A stretch of 64,000 nucleotides of DNA from an uncultured Gammaproteobacteria bacterium (GTDB lineage Bacteria > Pseudomonadota > Gammaproteobacteria > CAWCPV01): positions 32,001 through 96,000 of the forward strand of contig CAWCPV010000009.1 in NCBI GenBank assembly GCA_963797555.1, in the 5' to 3' direction. Below, in pieces: positions 1 to 9,421 of the stretch (positions are counted from its first letter, which is position 1; the number at the start of each line of letters is the position of its first letter). The translations under genes and the position numbers were made by a program. The notes beneath the pieces were generated by a model. That model saw nothing but the letters and a program-made list of their open reading frames with translations. It did not search any database and was not told where the DNA came from.

Positions 1-125
1 GCAGCTCTCGAATGTCTTGATGGATCGCCCGGTCCGGCTCGAGGACCGTCGTTCCTTCTCGGCTCAGGCGGTCGAAAGTTGGGAGATCGGAGTGCGCGAC
101 CAGCGGCATGGTGGAAATACGGCGT

Positions 126-989
126 TTACGGGGGACTGCCGGGCGGGCCCCGGCGCGCGATCGCCGTCTCCACCAAGGCCAGGAAACCGGGCTCGTCGCG
201 CACGCCCGCCACCTCGTCCGTGGTCACCGTGTAACCGTCCTGATCGGCGATGGCCGCGTAGCGCGGCCGGCGCGAGCAAAAGAGCTTCGGGAAGCTCCAG
301 CGCACGAAGTCGTCGGGATCGATCAGCGCAACGTAAGGCAAACCCCTCTCCTCCATGAAGAGCTGTAGCTGCTCCTCCAGAAATGCTTCACGGTAGTAAA
401 GGGGCTTCGGGTCCTCCTCGGCGCGCCGCATCAGCTCCTGTTCGTCGTTCTCGGTGGCCTGGAGATACAGTATCAGCGTGTGCTGGGCGAGCCCCGGAAT
501 CACGTCCGGGTCGTCCAACTCGCAGATGCTGCCACCGGCGTCGTTGACGAAGTGCTGGTAGCCATAAATCTCGCGCGCCTTGCGAATGAACTCCGGAACG
601 TCCTTCATGGACGCGATCTCGGCCCTGCGATGCAACTCCTGCCGGCGCTTGAACTCTCGGAGAGACAGCCCTCCTTGCTCGGGGTCACCGAGCTTTCCGA
701 GGAAGCTGGACACGGGCTTCAAGTTGTCGACGGTGATGTTGTTGCTGAAGTAAATCGAGTCCGAGCGCAGCAGATCGCGCAAGAACGGGACCTGCATGGC
801 TTGCTGCTTGATGTTGTCCAGGATCGGCTCGTCTAAGTAGCGTGTCCCGATACGGTAGTCGCCCGAGTAATGGAACCAGTTGCGTTTGCGCAGCAGGTTG
901 GCCAGGCGCGTCTTTCCCACCCCCGACATGCCGAGGAGCGTGATGCACCGGTTCTCCCACTCTCGGAACTCGTTGACGCTGAGTTTCAC
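126..989 (-). CDS. P-loop ATPase/kinase-like conserved protein
   Basis: 287 aa ORF with Walker A GMSGVGKT near the N-terminus and VNDAGGS motif; divergent from the EPS locus. Confidence 0.85.
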   Translation of the reverse strand: MKLSVNEFREWENRCITLLGMSGVGKTRLANLLRKRNWFHYSGDYRIGTRYLDEPILDNIKQQAMQVPFLRDLLRSDSIYFSNNITVDNLKPVSSFLGKLGDPEQGGLSLREFKRRQELHRRAEIASMKDVPEFIRKAREIYGYQHFVNDAGGSICELDDPDVIPGLAQHTLILYLQATENDEQELMRRAEEDPKPLYYREAFLEEQLQLFMEERGLPYVALIDPDDFVRWSFPKLFCSRRPRYAAIADQDGYTVTTDEVAGVRDEPGFLALVETAIARRGPPGSPP

Positions 990-1123
990 CCGGGCCGGCC
1001 TCGACGGTCAGCGAAGTTCATGATTCTAATGCCCGGGGCTCCTGGGTTCCAATGGCGCGCCTCCCGTCGCACGCGGCTTCCGGGAGCAGTTCCCACCGAC
1101 GGCGCCGTTGGAAAGACTGGTGC

Positions 1124-1151
1124 TTGACATCAGCGAGGATTCGCTTATGAT
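1124..1151 (+). promoter_or_regulatory. sigma70-type promoter
   Basis: TTGACA (1124-1129), 16-bp spacer, TATGAT (1146-1151); ~45 nt upstream of a riboswitch. Confidence 0.7.
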
Positions 1152-1191
1152 AGCTCGCACACGACGCTGAAGAAGTCTTCGAGCGTCGAGG

Positions 1192-1279
1192 CCTGATAAA
1201 GGCAAACTCACCGCAAGGTGGGGGCGCAAAGCTGCGGGTCCGGTGCCCTAGTTAGGGTTTGGACAGCCGAGCTGCCGGG
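1192..1279 (+). ncRNA. c-di-GMP-I (GEMM) riboswitch aptamer
   Basis: AAGGCAAACTCACC-GCAA-GGTGGGGGCGCAAAGCTGCGGGTC...GACAGCCGAGCTGCCG matches the GGCAAAC-P2(GNRA)-CGCAAAG-P3-GCTGCC pattern; G at the Vc2 G20-equivalent position. Confidence 0.9.
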
Positions 1280-1517
1280 ACACAGGGGACGTGTGGCAGC
1301 TGATCCCGAGGAGGGGTCCAGTGGGCGCTAATACTGCTTCTGCTATTGCTGTACGCAGTTCTCCGGTGGCTTCAAAACACACCGGCGAAACTGGAGAGGC
1401 GCGCACCTGCCACTCTATTCCGTCAGCCGTTGTGTCCGACGGCAATCCCCCCATTTGGTCTTGGTCGGCGATATGAAGGCCGGGCGTGCCTGTGTAGGCA
1501 AAACGCCATGCAACGCC

Positions 1518-1552
1518 GGCCAGGAAGTGTCAGCTTCCGCCTCGGAGCGTCA
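1518..1552 (+). promoter_or_regulatory. putative enhancer (bEBP binding sites), copy 1
   Basis: two imperfect TGAC-N7-GTCA dyads at 20-bp period (GGCC-AGGAAGT-GTCA, CGCC-TCGGAGC-GTCA); homologous to the reverse complement of 48185-48219 and 62198-62232. Confidence 0.6.
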
Positions 1553-1639
1553 CCCTTGCAGCGTGGTGGCGGACCGCTTGAAACATCGCAGTCGGTCCAA
1601 CCACTGTGCTTCTGCTTGTGTCGAGCGCCATGATTGGTT

Positions 1640-1655
1640 GGGCATGAGACTTGCT
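1640..1655 (+). promoter_or_regulatory. sigma54 (-24/-12) promoter, copy 1
   Basis: GGGCATGAGACTTGCT versus consensus TGGCACG-N4-TTGCW; correct GG-N10-GC spacing. Confidence 0.75.
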
Positions 1656-1761
1656 TGAAGGTCTGCAATACTGGGGGGACATCTTAGTCGTCTCCCCGGG
1701 GACGACTTAGACCGCGAAACTTCTGCGAACCATCGTTCGTGGAAGCCAGAGGCGGGGGTTA

Positions 1762-2670
1762 TTTAACTCAATGCGAAGCGCGCGGGCGCTTTGCAGGGCG
1801 GTAGCGTACCCGAACGCGGGCAGTGGGCACCGCCCACGGGCACTCGGTGAAGCCGAGCGCCAACAGGATCTTTGCGCCTGGAGCTGTTGCGGGGCTGGGT
1901 CCTGCGAGTGCGGCAATTTTCCCATTTCCGGAGTGTCGCACAGCAAAGCTTAAGGTTTCATTAAGAGGTAGGGACTGAGGAGCGAAGTCGTTTAACTCGA
2001 TGCGAAGCGCGCGGGCGCTTTGCAGGGCGGTAGCGTACCCGAACGCGGGCAGTGGGCACCGCCCACGGGCACTCGGTGAAGCCGAGCGCCAACAGGATCT
2101 TTGCGCCTGGAGCTGTTGCGGGGCTGGGTCCTGCGAGTGCGGCAATTTTCCCATTTTCGGAGTGTCGCACAGCAAAGCTTAAGGTTTCATTAAGAGGTAG
2201 GGACTGAGGAGCGAAGTCGTTTAACTCGATGCGAAGCGCGCGGGCGCTTTGCAGGGCGGTAGCGTACCCGAACGCGGGCAGTGGGCACCGCCCACGGGCA
2301 CTCGGTGAAGCCGAGCGCCAACAGGATCTTTGCGCCTGGAGCTGTTGCGGGGCTGGGTCCTGCGAGTGCGGCAATTTTCCCATTTCCGGAGTGTCGCACA
2401 GCAAAGCTTAAGGTTTCATTAAGAGGTAGGGACTGAGGAGCGAAGTCGTTTAACTCGATGCGAAGCGCGCGGGCGCTTTGCAGGGCGGTAGCGTACCCGA
2501 ACGCGGGCAGTGGGCACCGCCCACGGGCACTCGGTGAAGCCGAGCGCCAACAGGATCTTTGCGCCTGGAGCTGTTGCGGGGCTGGGTCCTGCGAGTGCGG
2601 CAATTTTCCCATTTCCGGAGTGTCGCACAGCAAAGCTTAAGGTTTCATTAAGAGGTAGGGACTGAGGAGC
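1762..2670 (+). repeat. tandem array of 229-bp units (3 full + one 222-bp copy)
   Basis: units start at 1762, 1991, 2220, 2449; near-identical (I see single substitutions in copy 1, TCAATG vs TCGATG, and copy 2, CCATTTTCGG vs CCATTTCCGG). Confidence 0.97.
1797..1807 (+). promoter_or_regulatory. ops-like element (RfaH/JUMPstart core), repeated at 2026, 2255, 2484
   Basis: GGCGGTAGCGT on the sense strand upstream of a long polysaccharide cluster. Confidence 0.7.
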
Positions 2671-2871
2671 TGATCGGGGGCCGAAGCGTGCGTAGGAAAG
2701 GACTATGCGCCCCGAGAACTGGCGTCCTATCGGACCCGACTACATGGAGGAACTGGGCGATGGCGCGGGCCTGTACCTGAACGCGCCCGAGCATACCTCT
2801 GGTGCAGTGAGTCGATGAGCCGGCGGCGGTGGGATCAAGTTCTCCCATACGACGGACCGGAGGATAACGCG

Positions 2872-3045
2872 ATGTACAAGATGATGTACAAGATCGTTGG
2901 TATGGGCTATGTCGGACCACAGCGCGTGCCAGTCGCCATCGACTATATCGTATGGGCCGCGGGCTACGATGACGCCATCAGGAGGGTCCGTCAGCTCGGA
3001 ATAATGGTCCTCCAGTGCACAGTGAACTCCGTTGGTCAACATTAG
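2872..3045 (+). pseudogene. eroded N-terminal fragment of a nucleotide-sugar dehydrogenase
   Basis: KIVGMGYVGP...GYDDAIRRVRQL resembles ISVIGLGYVGLP...GFDINPQRIQEL of the 25724 gene. Confidence 0.45.
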
Positions 3046-3370
3046 GTAAAGAGCTGCCCCGGCCGCTGAGAACTCTGCCACTTGCCAGGTCCCGGAACGC
3101 CGAGGACTTAGGCGTCTTGCCACGCGCGACTTGGGCGGTGGCGTGGCGTTCAAAACCGGTGGCATCGCGGGTCCAATCTGCGGCTTACCTCCAGGGCGGA
3201 CTGCTCCGGCCCCGACCATGAACAGTTGGGCAACACACTCGACTATCGGTCCGTGCAGTTCGGTCGTTACCGCCTGAGGAGCAGTGGTGACGATTCAGCT
3301 TAGTCCGAAGCAGACGCATTCATGCCAAAGGCTCCGTAATTCCGGTCGGTCATTGTGACAGGGGCGAGAT

Positions 3371-5201
3371 ATGTGCGGGATCATGGGATTAGTAGCTGAC
3401 GGTGAGCATCGGGCCGCGCCTGTTCTGTTGGACGGTCTCCGCCGGCTAGAGTATCGGGGCTATGATTCGGCGGGTATCGCCACCCTGGTGAATGGTCACA
3501 TTCTCCGTCGTCGGGCGGCAGGCAAGCTTTGCCAGTTGGAGCGTTTGCTGGACGAGAAGCCTTTGGGTGGGAGCATCGGCATCGGTCATACGAGGTGGGC
3601 GACGCACGGTCCACCGATCGCTGAGAATGCCCACCCCCACGCGACCGAGCGTGTGGCCGTCGTTCACAACGGCATCATCGAAAACTTCCAAGTTTTGAGA
3701 ACAGAGTCTCTTCGAACGTGGGTGTCGGTTCACTAGTGAGACCGACACGGAAGTCATTCCGCACCTCATTACCCACTATCTGGGGCAGGGCTTGGCTCCC
3801 GAAGTGGCGGCCGCTGAGGCCATAAAACGGCTGGAGGGTGCCTACGCGCTCGTTATTATGTTCGCTGGAGAGCCCGACCTGTTGTTGGGAGCGAGGCGCG
3901 GAAGCCCCCTCGTTGTAGGCGTGAGCGGACCCGCCACATACCTTGCCTCAGACGCGATTGCGCTAGTGCCCTTTACGCGAGATATCGTGTATTTGGAGGA
4001 GGGTGATCTCGCGCACATCAGCCGCCGCGGGTTCAAGGTTTACGATGCAGCCGGCGCCCTTGCTGCACGCCAGTCCAGACGCACGACCCTCACGGCGAGC
4101 CCCGTCGGCAAAGGCGAGTACGCGCACTTCATGCAAAAGGAAATCTTTGAGCAGCCTGCGGTGCTGACCCAAACCCTCAGACGCTATCGCAGTCCCACCG
4201 CCGGGCATGTCGAGTTACCCAAACTTCCTTTTGACCTCGCCACTCTGCCTAAGTTGACCATGGTTGCCTGCGGTAGCTCCTACTATGCTTGCCTAGTAGG
4301 GAAGTACTGGCTGGAGCACATCGCTGGAGTGCCAGTGGAGGTCGACGTGGCGTCTGAATTCCGTTATCGCGCGACGCCGTTACCTCAAGGGGGCGCCGCA
4401 CTCTTCGTGTCCCAGTCTGGCGAGACGGCCGATACTCTGGCGGCGTTGCGCCACACGCGCGCCCATGGGCAGCATATCCTCGCGGTGGTCAACGTTGCTG
4501 AAAGCAGTATGGCACGCAGTTCCGACGTGGTCTTTCAGACCCTCGCCGGACCTGAGATCGGCGTTGCATCTACGAAGACTTTCACGGCCCAGCTCATGGT
4601 CCTAGCTTGCCTCACTCTGGCCGCGGCCCGGGCAAGAGGGGTGCTGAGTCCCGGACACGAGGCGTACCTCACGGCCGCCCTTCTCCAGGTGCCCTCCCTG
4701 GTCACAGAGGTGCTGGCACAGGAGAGTGCGCTCCGGCAGCTAGCCCAGACGACGCACTTGGCCGACCGCATGTTCTATATTAGCCGAGGATCGTGCTATC
4801 CGATCGCGCTCGAAGGGGCGCTGAAGGTCAAGGAGATCGCGTACCTCCCCGCCGAAGGCTACCCGGCCGGTGAGCTCAAGCACGGTCCCATCGCCCTCGT
4901 GGACGACCACGTGCCGGTGGTCGTGCTGGCACCCCGCGACGCCCTCTTTGAGAAGACCGCATCCAATCTTCAGGAGGTAGCAGCACGCCGCGCCCACGTC
5001 ATTCTTATGAGCGATGCTACCGGCACCAGCGCTCTTCAGGAGCACGCTGCTGCTGTACTCGTGCTTCCAGAGGTCGAGCCGTTCGTTGCGCCTATGATCT
5101 ATGCTGTAGCCGTCCAGCTACTCGGTTACTATATTGCAGTGCTGCGAGGCACCGACATCGACCAACCGCGCAACTTGGCCAAGTCAGTGACAGTAGAGTA
5201 A
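3371..5201 (+). CDS. glmS: glutamine--fructose-6-phosphate aminotransferase (one frameshift near 3705)
   Basis: MCGI start, [21 protein letters not shown]-terminal [11 protein letters not shown]; split ORFs 3371-3736 and 3792-5201. Confidence 0.95.
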
Positions 5202-5311
5202 GGCGCATGTTGCGGGCACTTTGTCATGGGGGAGCGGACCGGACCAGATCGGCGCGCGCCGCGACTCGGGGCGTGTGGGTATGAGCGGTCGAGGTTGCGG
5301 CGTTTGGGAAT

Positions 5312-5986
5312 ATGACGACACCAGCAAATGACTCCAGGAAGGCCCGTCGTCATGGGTGGCGCGGGATCGTCCATCTCGGACTTCTCACGGTGACATGTCT
5401 CATGTCGGGCTGCGGCGCCCTTCCGGCCGATCAAGCGAAATCGGGCGTTCAAGCCCCGGAGCCCGCATCGAGCGGCGCAGCCGTCTACAAGGTCGGTGTG
5501 GACGACGAACTCGAGGTCAAGGTCTGGAGGAACGAAGAGCTTTCGGTCAAGGTCCCGGTCCGGCCGGATGGCAAGATCTCCGTGCCACTCATTGGAAACG
5601 TCCAGGCGGCCGGCAAGACTCCAGAGGAAATTGCCGGCGAGATCGAGCAGAAGCTCGCCTTCTACGTGCTCGACCCCAAGGTTACGGTGATCCTAACGGC
5701 GCTCAGGAGCAACGAGTATCTGTCGCGCGTCCGGGTGACCGGTGCTGTCGAGCATCCGCTCTCGATGCCTTACCGTCGCGGAATAACCGTTCTCGACATC
5801 ATCCTGCAAGCAGGCGGCGTCAACAAGTTTGCGGCTCCGGATCGCACAAAGGTCTACAGAAAAGCCGGCAACGCAACCCAAGTGATCCCTGTCAAGCTCG
5901 GTAAGATATTGGAGAAAGGAGAGTTGTCCACCAATATCGAGCTCCGTCCAGGGGATGTAGTCACGGTTCCGGAAGGTTATTTTTGA
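5312..5986 (+). CDS. wza: polysaccharide export lipoprotein (Wza/OPX, XrtA-system type)
   Basis: lipobox LMSGC, VPVRPDGKISVPLIG PES motif, SLBB domain ending LRPGDVVTVPE. Confidence 0.9.
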   Translation: MTTPANDSRKARRHGWRGIVHLGLLTVTCLMSGCGALPADQAKSGVQAPEPASSGAAVYKVGVDDELEVKVWRNEELSVKVPVRPDGKISVPLIGNVQAAGKTPEEIAGEIEQKLAFYVLDPKVTVILTALRSNEYLSRVRVTGAVEHPLSMPYRRGITVLDIILQAGGVNKFAAPDRTKVYRKAGNATQVIPVKLGKILEKGELSTNIELRPGDVVTVPEGYF

Positions 5987-7551
5987 ATCCCATGACGTTA
6001 TCACCCGAGACGCTGAGACTGCTTTTCCACGATGCTCTACGATTTAGAGCAGCGATTGTCGGCATATTTGTTCTTGTCAGCCTGGCAGTGTTGGGTCTGG
6101 CCTTGGTATGGCCGTATTATTATGCCTCGTCGACGACGATATACGTCCAAGAATCCAATATCATCGAGCCTCTGATGAAGGGCACGGCCGTCGCAACGGA
6201 GGTGGCGGATCGTGCCCAGATCGCCCAACAGGTAATAATGGGCGGAAAGGTCTTGGATAAGTTGTTGGATAAAGGTGGGTGGCCGAAGGAAGAGCTGGCG
6301 GGTGTTCGCCGGGCGGCCTTCATGCGGCGACTCATAGGCCGGATCACCGTGTCTAACGAGGGGAAAAACCTTATCCGAATCACGTATTCGGACACTGATC
6401 CCGAAAGGGCGCATCAGGTTACTGACCGACTGGCTGAACTTTTTATCGACGAGAGCGATTTCACCAAAGTCCGTGAGAGTGTGTCAGCCTTTCAGTTCAT
6501 CGATAAACAGGTCGGTGTATACGAGGAAAAGTTGGCAGAGGCCGACAAGAACCTGCAGGCGTTCATGGCAGCGCACCCGGAAGCACGGCCGGACTCGCAA
6601 GCAAGGGTGGGTCAGAGATTAGACGCACTTCGGGCGAAGATCGATGAGACCAGGCTAGCGATCAAGGAGGCGCAGACTCGCAATGCGGCGCTGGACAAAC
6701 AGCTTTATGGGGAAGCCGCCTTGACGGCCAGCCTCAGCCGAGAGGCACAGTACCGAGACCGACTGGCGCAATTACAGAAGAAGCTCGACACGCTCCGCCT
6801 GAGCTACCGCGATACGTATCCGGACATCATCAGTCTCAAGCGCCAGATAGAGGAGCTGACACAGACGATCGCTGCGGAAGACCAGCGGCGGGGCGGCCGA
6901 AGAATCACACTGCAGGCGCGTCACAGTGACGACGGTAACGACGCGGATGCCAGTAGCGTGAGCGTTAACCCACTGTATGAAGTGTTGCTAAAGGCGGCTA
7001 CGGAAACGAAGACACAGATTGACACGTTACATACGCGGCTCGCAGAAACAGAAGCGCTCTTGTCCAAGGAAATGGAAAACGCTCCATATCTCGACGAGCT
7101 AGGTGGAAAACTGGCGAACCTGAACAAGACCCACGAGTTTTACCGAAATACCGTCGCAGATCTCATACAGCGGAGGGAGCATGCGAAGCTGTCAGTGGAG
7201 CTTGAACAGGGGCAGCACGGGCTGACCTTCAGAGTCCAGGAGCCCGCCTCAGTTCCGATCAAGGCAAGCAAGCTCGGCTTTGTACAGTTTGCCGCTGGGG
7301 GAATCGTGCTGGGCATCGCCCTACCGATCGGACTTCTTTTCACTAAGTTGAATGTGGATCCCAGGATTCTGTTACAGTCCTCCATCTCGGAGGGGTTGGG
7401 ATTGCCGACGATGGCGGTCGTGCCATACCTGTCCTGCCCCAGGGAGAGGCGGCGGTTTGTTATCAACGGCATCCTCTTGGTTTTGGGCTTGTTGGTGTAC
7501 CTTGTCGGTTACGGCGCAACGGTGGGATTGCGCCTCAAAGGCATGATATGA
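5983..7551 (+). CDS. polysaccharide chain-length determinant / co-polymerase (Wzc N-terminal, GumC-like)
   Basis: N-terminal TM, long coiled coil with YRDTYPDI, C-terminal TMs; overlaps both neighbours. Confidence 0.88.
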   Translation: MNPMTLSPETLRLLFHDALRFRAAIVGIFVLVSLAVLGLALVWPYYYASSTTIYVQESNIIEPLMKGTAVATEVADRAQIAQQVIMGGKVLDKLLDKGGWPKEELAGVRRAAFMRRLIGRITVSNEGKNLIRITYSDTDPERAHQVTDRLAELFIDESDFTKVRESVSAFQFIDKQVGVYEEKLAEADKNLQAFMAAHPEARPDSQARVGQRLDALRAKIDETRLAIKEAQTRNAALDKQLYGEAALTASLSREAQYRDRLAQLQKKLDTLRLSYRDTYPDIISLKRQIEELTQTIAAEDQRRGGRRITLQARHSDDGNDADASSVSVNPLYEVLLKAATETKTQIDTLHTRLAETEALLSKEMENAPYLDELGGKLANLNKTHEFYRNTVADLIQRREHAKLSVELEQGQHGLTFRVQEPASVPIKASKLGFVQFAAGGIVLGIALPIGLLFTKLNVDPRILLQSSISEGLGLPTMAVVPYLSCPRERRRFVINGILLVLGLLVYLVGYGATVGLRLKGMI

Positions 7552-8360
7552 CCCAGAGCAAGATCGAGAAGGCTTTCCAAAAGGCGCAATTCGGGAGCGA
7601 CCTGAGAGCCCAGGGAAACGCGTCTGCTCTCGTTATCCACGTCGGGACTACGCCCGCATCGGGCCCCCAATCCCAAGTTGACTGGCACCCCTCCCGCGTA
7701 ACGGAAAGGCCGCTGCTCGACAATGCAGCACGTGCCTCTCGCAGGATCATTTATCCGGAAATGCCCAACCGGCGAGTTTTGAATGCCTTTCGTGATCTGA
7801 GGACCAGGCTTTTGCCCAAAGTACGCGACGGACGGCTGGTGCTCATGATCACCAGCGCTGTCCCTGGAGGGGGCGGCAGCTTCGTGGCGGTTAACCTGGC
7901 GGTGGCGTTGTCTCTCGATGTGAACGCGAGGGTCTTGCTGGTGGACTGCAATCTTCGCACTCCGGAACTGCAAGATCTCGCTGTGGCAGAAAGTCCCGGA
8001 CTCATCGACTACCTGGAGAGTTCGGATCTCGAGCCTGAAGACGTCGTCTACCCCAGCGGCGTAGAGCGGCTCTGGATAGTGCCCTCGGGCGGAAGACGCG
8101 AGTCTCCAGCCGAATACTTCTCGTCCGACCGGATGCGCCAGTTGATGCTGAGCCTGAGACGCGGCCAGGGTGGTTGGCACGTCATTTTGGATGCTCACCC
8201 AGCGACGGAATCCGCGGACGCAAGGGTGCTGTCAGAGCTGTGCGACTATGTTCTGGTGGTGGTGCCGTTCGGCAAGGTTACGGAACGGCAGACTGCGGCT
8301 GCAGTGGAGGCGGTCGCACCAGATAGGCTACTGGGCGTTGTCTTCAACGGAGTACCGTAA
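7548..8360 (+). CDS. CpsD/CapB-like BY-kinase domain protein with degenerate Walker A
   Basis: AFRDLRTRL, ITSAVPGGGGSFVAVNLA, VLLVDCNLRTP, VILDA, LGVVFN. Confidence 0.85.
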   Translation: MTQSKIEKAFQKAQFGSDLRAQGNASALVIHVGTTPASGPQSQVDWHPSRVTERPLLDNAARASRRIIYPEMPNRRVLNAFRDLRTRLLPKVRDGRLVLMITSAVPGGGGSFVAVNLAVALSLDVNARVLLVDCNLRTPELQDLAVAESPGLIDYLESSDLEPEDVVYPSGVERLWIVPSGGRRESPAEYFSSDRMRQLMLSLRRGQGGWHVILDAHPATESADARVLSELCDYVLVVVPFGKVTERQTAAAVEAVAPDRLLGVVFNGVP

Positions 8361-8548
8361 GACGAGTAGGTTTGCCGAGACGGTTCGTTATGACTCCTCC
8401 CCCGGTTGTGGCCCGCCAGACGGCGGCCAAGCATCCTTGGGCCGCGGCAGAGGGATTTAGCAGTGCTATGTCAGCTCAGAGCAGGAGCGCCGGTCCCTGC
8501 TTGGGTCGTCCACTATTCTGAAGCCTGAGTTCTTGGACCTTTCAACAC

Positions 8549-9421
8549 GTGTATCTGGACTTCTTTCGGCTGCAGGATGAGCCTTTCCGGTTGACACCGG
8601 ACCCTGCGTATCTGTATCTAAGCTCGGGCCACGCTCGAGCGAAAGCCTTCATGGAATACGCCATCTGGGGCCGGGCGAGCTTCGTTGTCATCACGGGGGA
8701 GATTGGTTCCGGGAAGACTACACTCATAGAAACGTTGATGTCCGGGCTGAGCGCAAGCTCCGTCGTAGCCAGGATTCGCCACACGCAGTTGAATGATGTC
8801 GAGTTTCTTCGGGAGGTTCTTGCCGAACTTGGCTTCAGCGCGTACTCCGCCGGCAAGGCTGAGCTTCTGAACCTGCTCAAGAACATCCTCATGGATCAGC
8901 ACCAGCAAAACAACAATGTTGTTCTCATCATCGACGAAGCTCAGAATCTCGACTCCATCGTTCTCGAGGAAGTGCGATTGCTTTCTGGCGTCGAGACTCA
9001 CAAAGACAAGATCTTGAACGTTATCATGGTCGGTCAGCCGGAACTGAGGAAGACTCTGGAGTCGCCAGGGCTGGAGCAACTTGCGCAGCGGGTGCGTTTT
9101 AGGTTTCATCTGAGAGCGCTGAATGCGCTGGAAACGACGGAATATGTTCAGCACCGTCTGAAGGTTGCGGGAGCAAGAAATCCACACCTCTTTCCCCCAG
9201 AAACGATGCCACTGGTCTATGAGTATACCGGCGGCATACCGCGACTGATAAACACGCTCTGTGATACAGCCATGATTTGCGCGTTCGCGGATGACCTCGC
9301 CGTTATATCCGAGGATGTCATCGGAACCGCGATCATGGAGCTCGAGTGGGTTCCGTATAGTGAAAGGGCTCACCGAAAGGTTATGCTGCGGGTCTCTGGA
9401 GGAGAAGGCAGCCCTCCGTGA
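8549..9421 (+). CDS. ExeA-family AAA ATPase (XrtA/PEP-CTERM system type)
   Basis: MYLDFFRLQDEPFRLTPDP, GEIGSGKT, IIDEAQNL, TGGIPRLINTLCD. Confidence 0.92.
   Translation: MYLDFFRLQDEPFRLTPDPAYLYLSSGHARAKAFMEYAIWGRASFVVITGEIGSGKTTLIETLMSGLSASSVVARIRHTQLNDVEFLREVLAELGFSAYSAGKAELLNLLKNILMDQHQQNNNVVLIIDEAQNLDSIVLEEVRLLSGVETHKDKILNVIMVGQPELRKTLESPGLEQLAQRVRFRFHLRALNALETTEYVQHRLKVAGARNPHLFPPETMPLVYEYTGGIPRLINTLCDTAMICAFADDLAVISEDVIGTAIMELEWVPYSERAHRKVMLRVSGGEGSPP

Noticed and set aside
1192-1279. c-AMP-GMP (GEMM-Ib) variant
   Set aside because: Both aptamers have G, not A, at the discriminating position equivalent to Vc2 G20.
1743-1758. Extra JUMPstart-like AAGCCAGAGGCGG
   Set aside because: Lacks the TAG of the ops core; too degenerate to call.
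1707-2633. Minus-strand 79-147 aa ORFs in the array
   Set aside because: By-products of the repeat in GC-rich DNA; no motifs or RBS.
1762-2670. CRISPR array
   Set aside because: Units are 229 bp and near-identical throughout; no unique spacers and no cas genes.
3200-3370. glmS ribozyme
   Set aside because: No recognisable core sequence; it is mainly a Gram-positive element.
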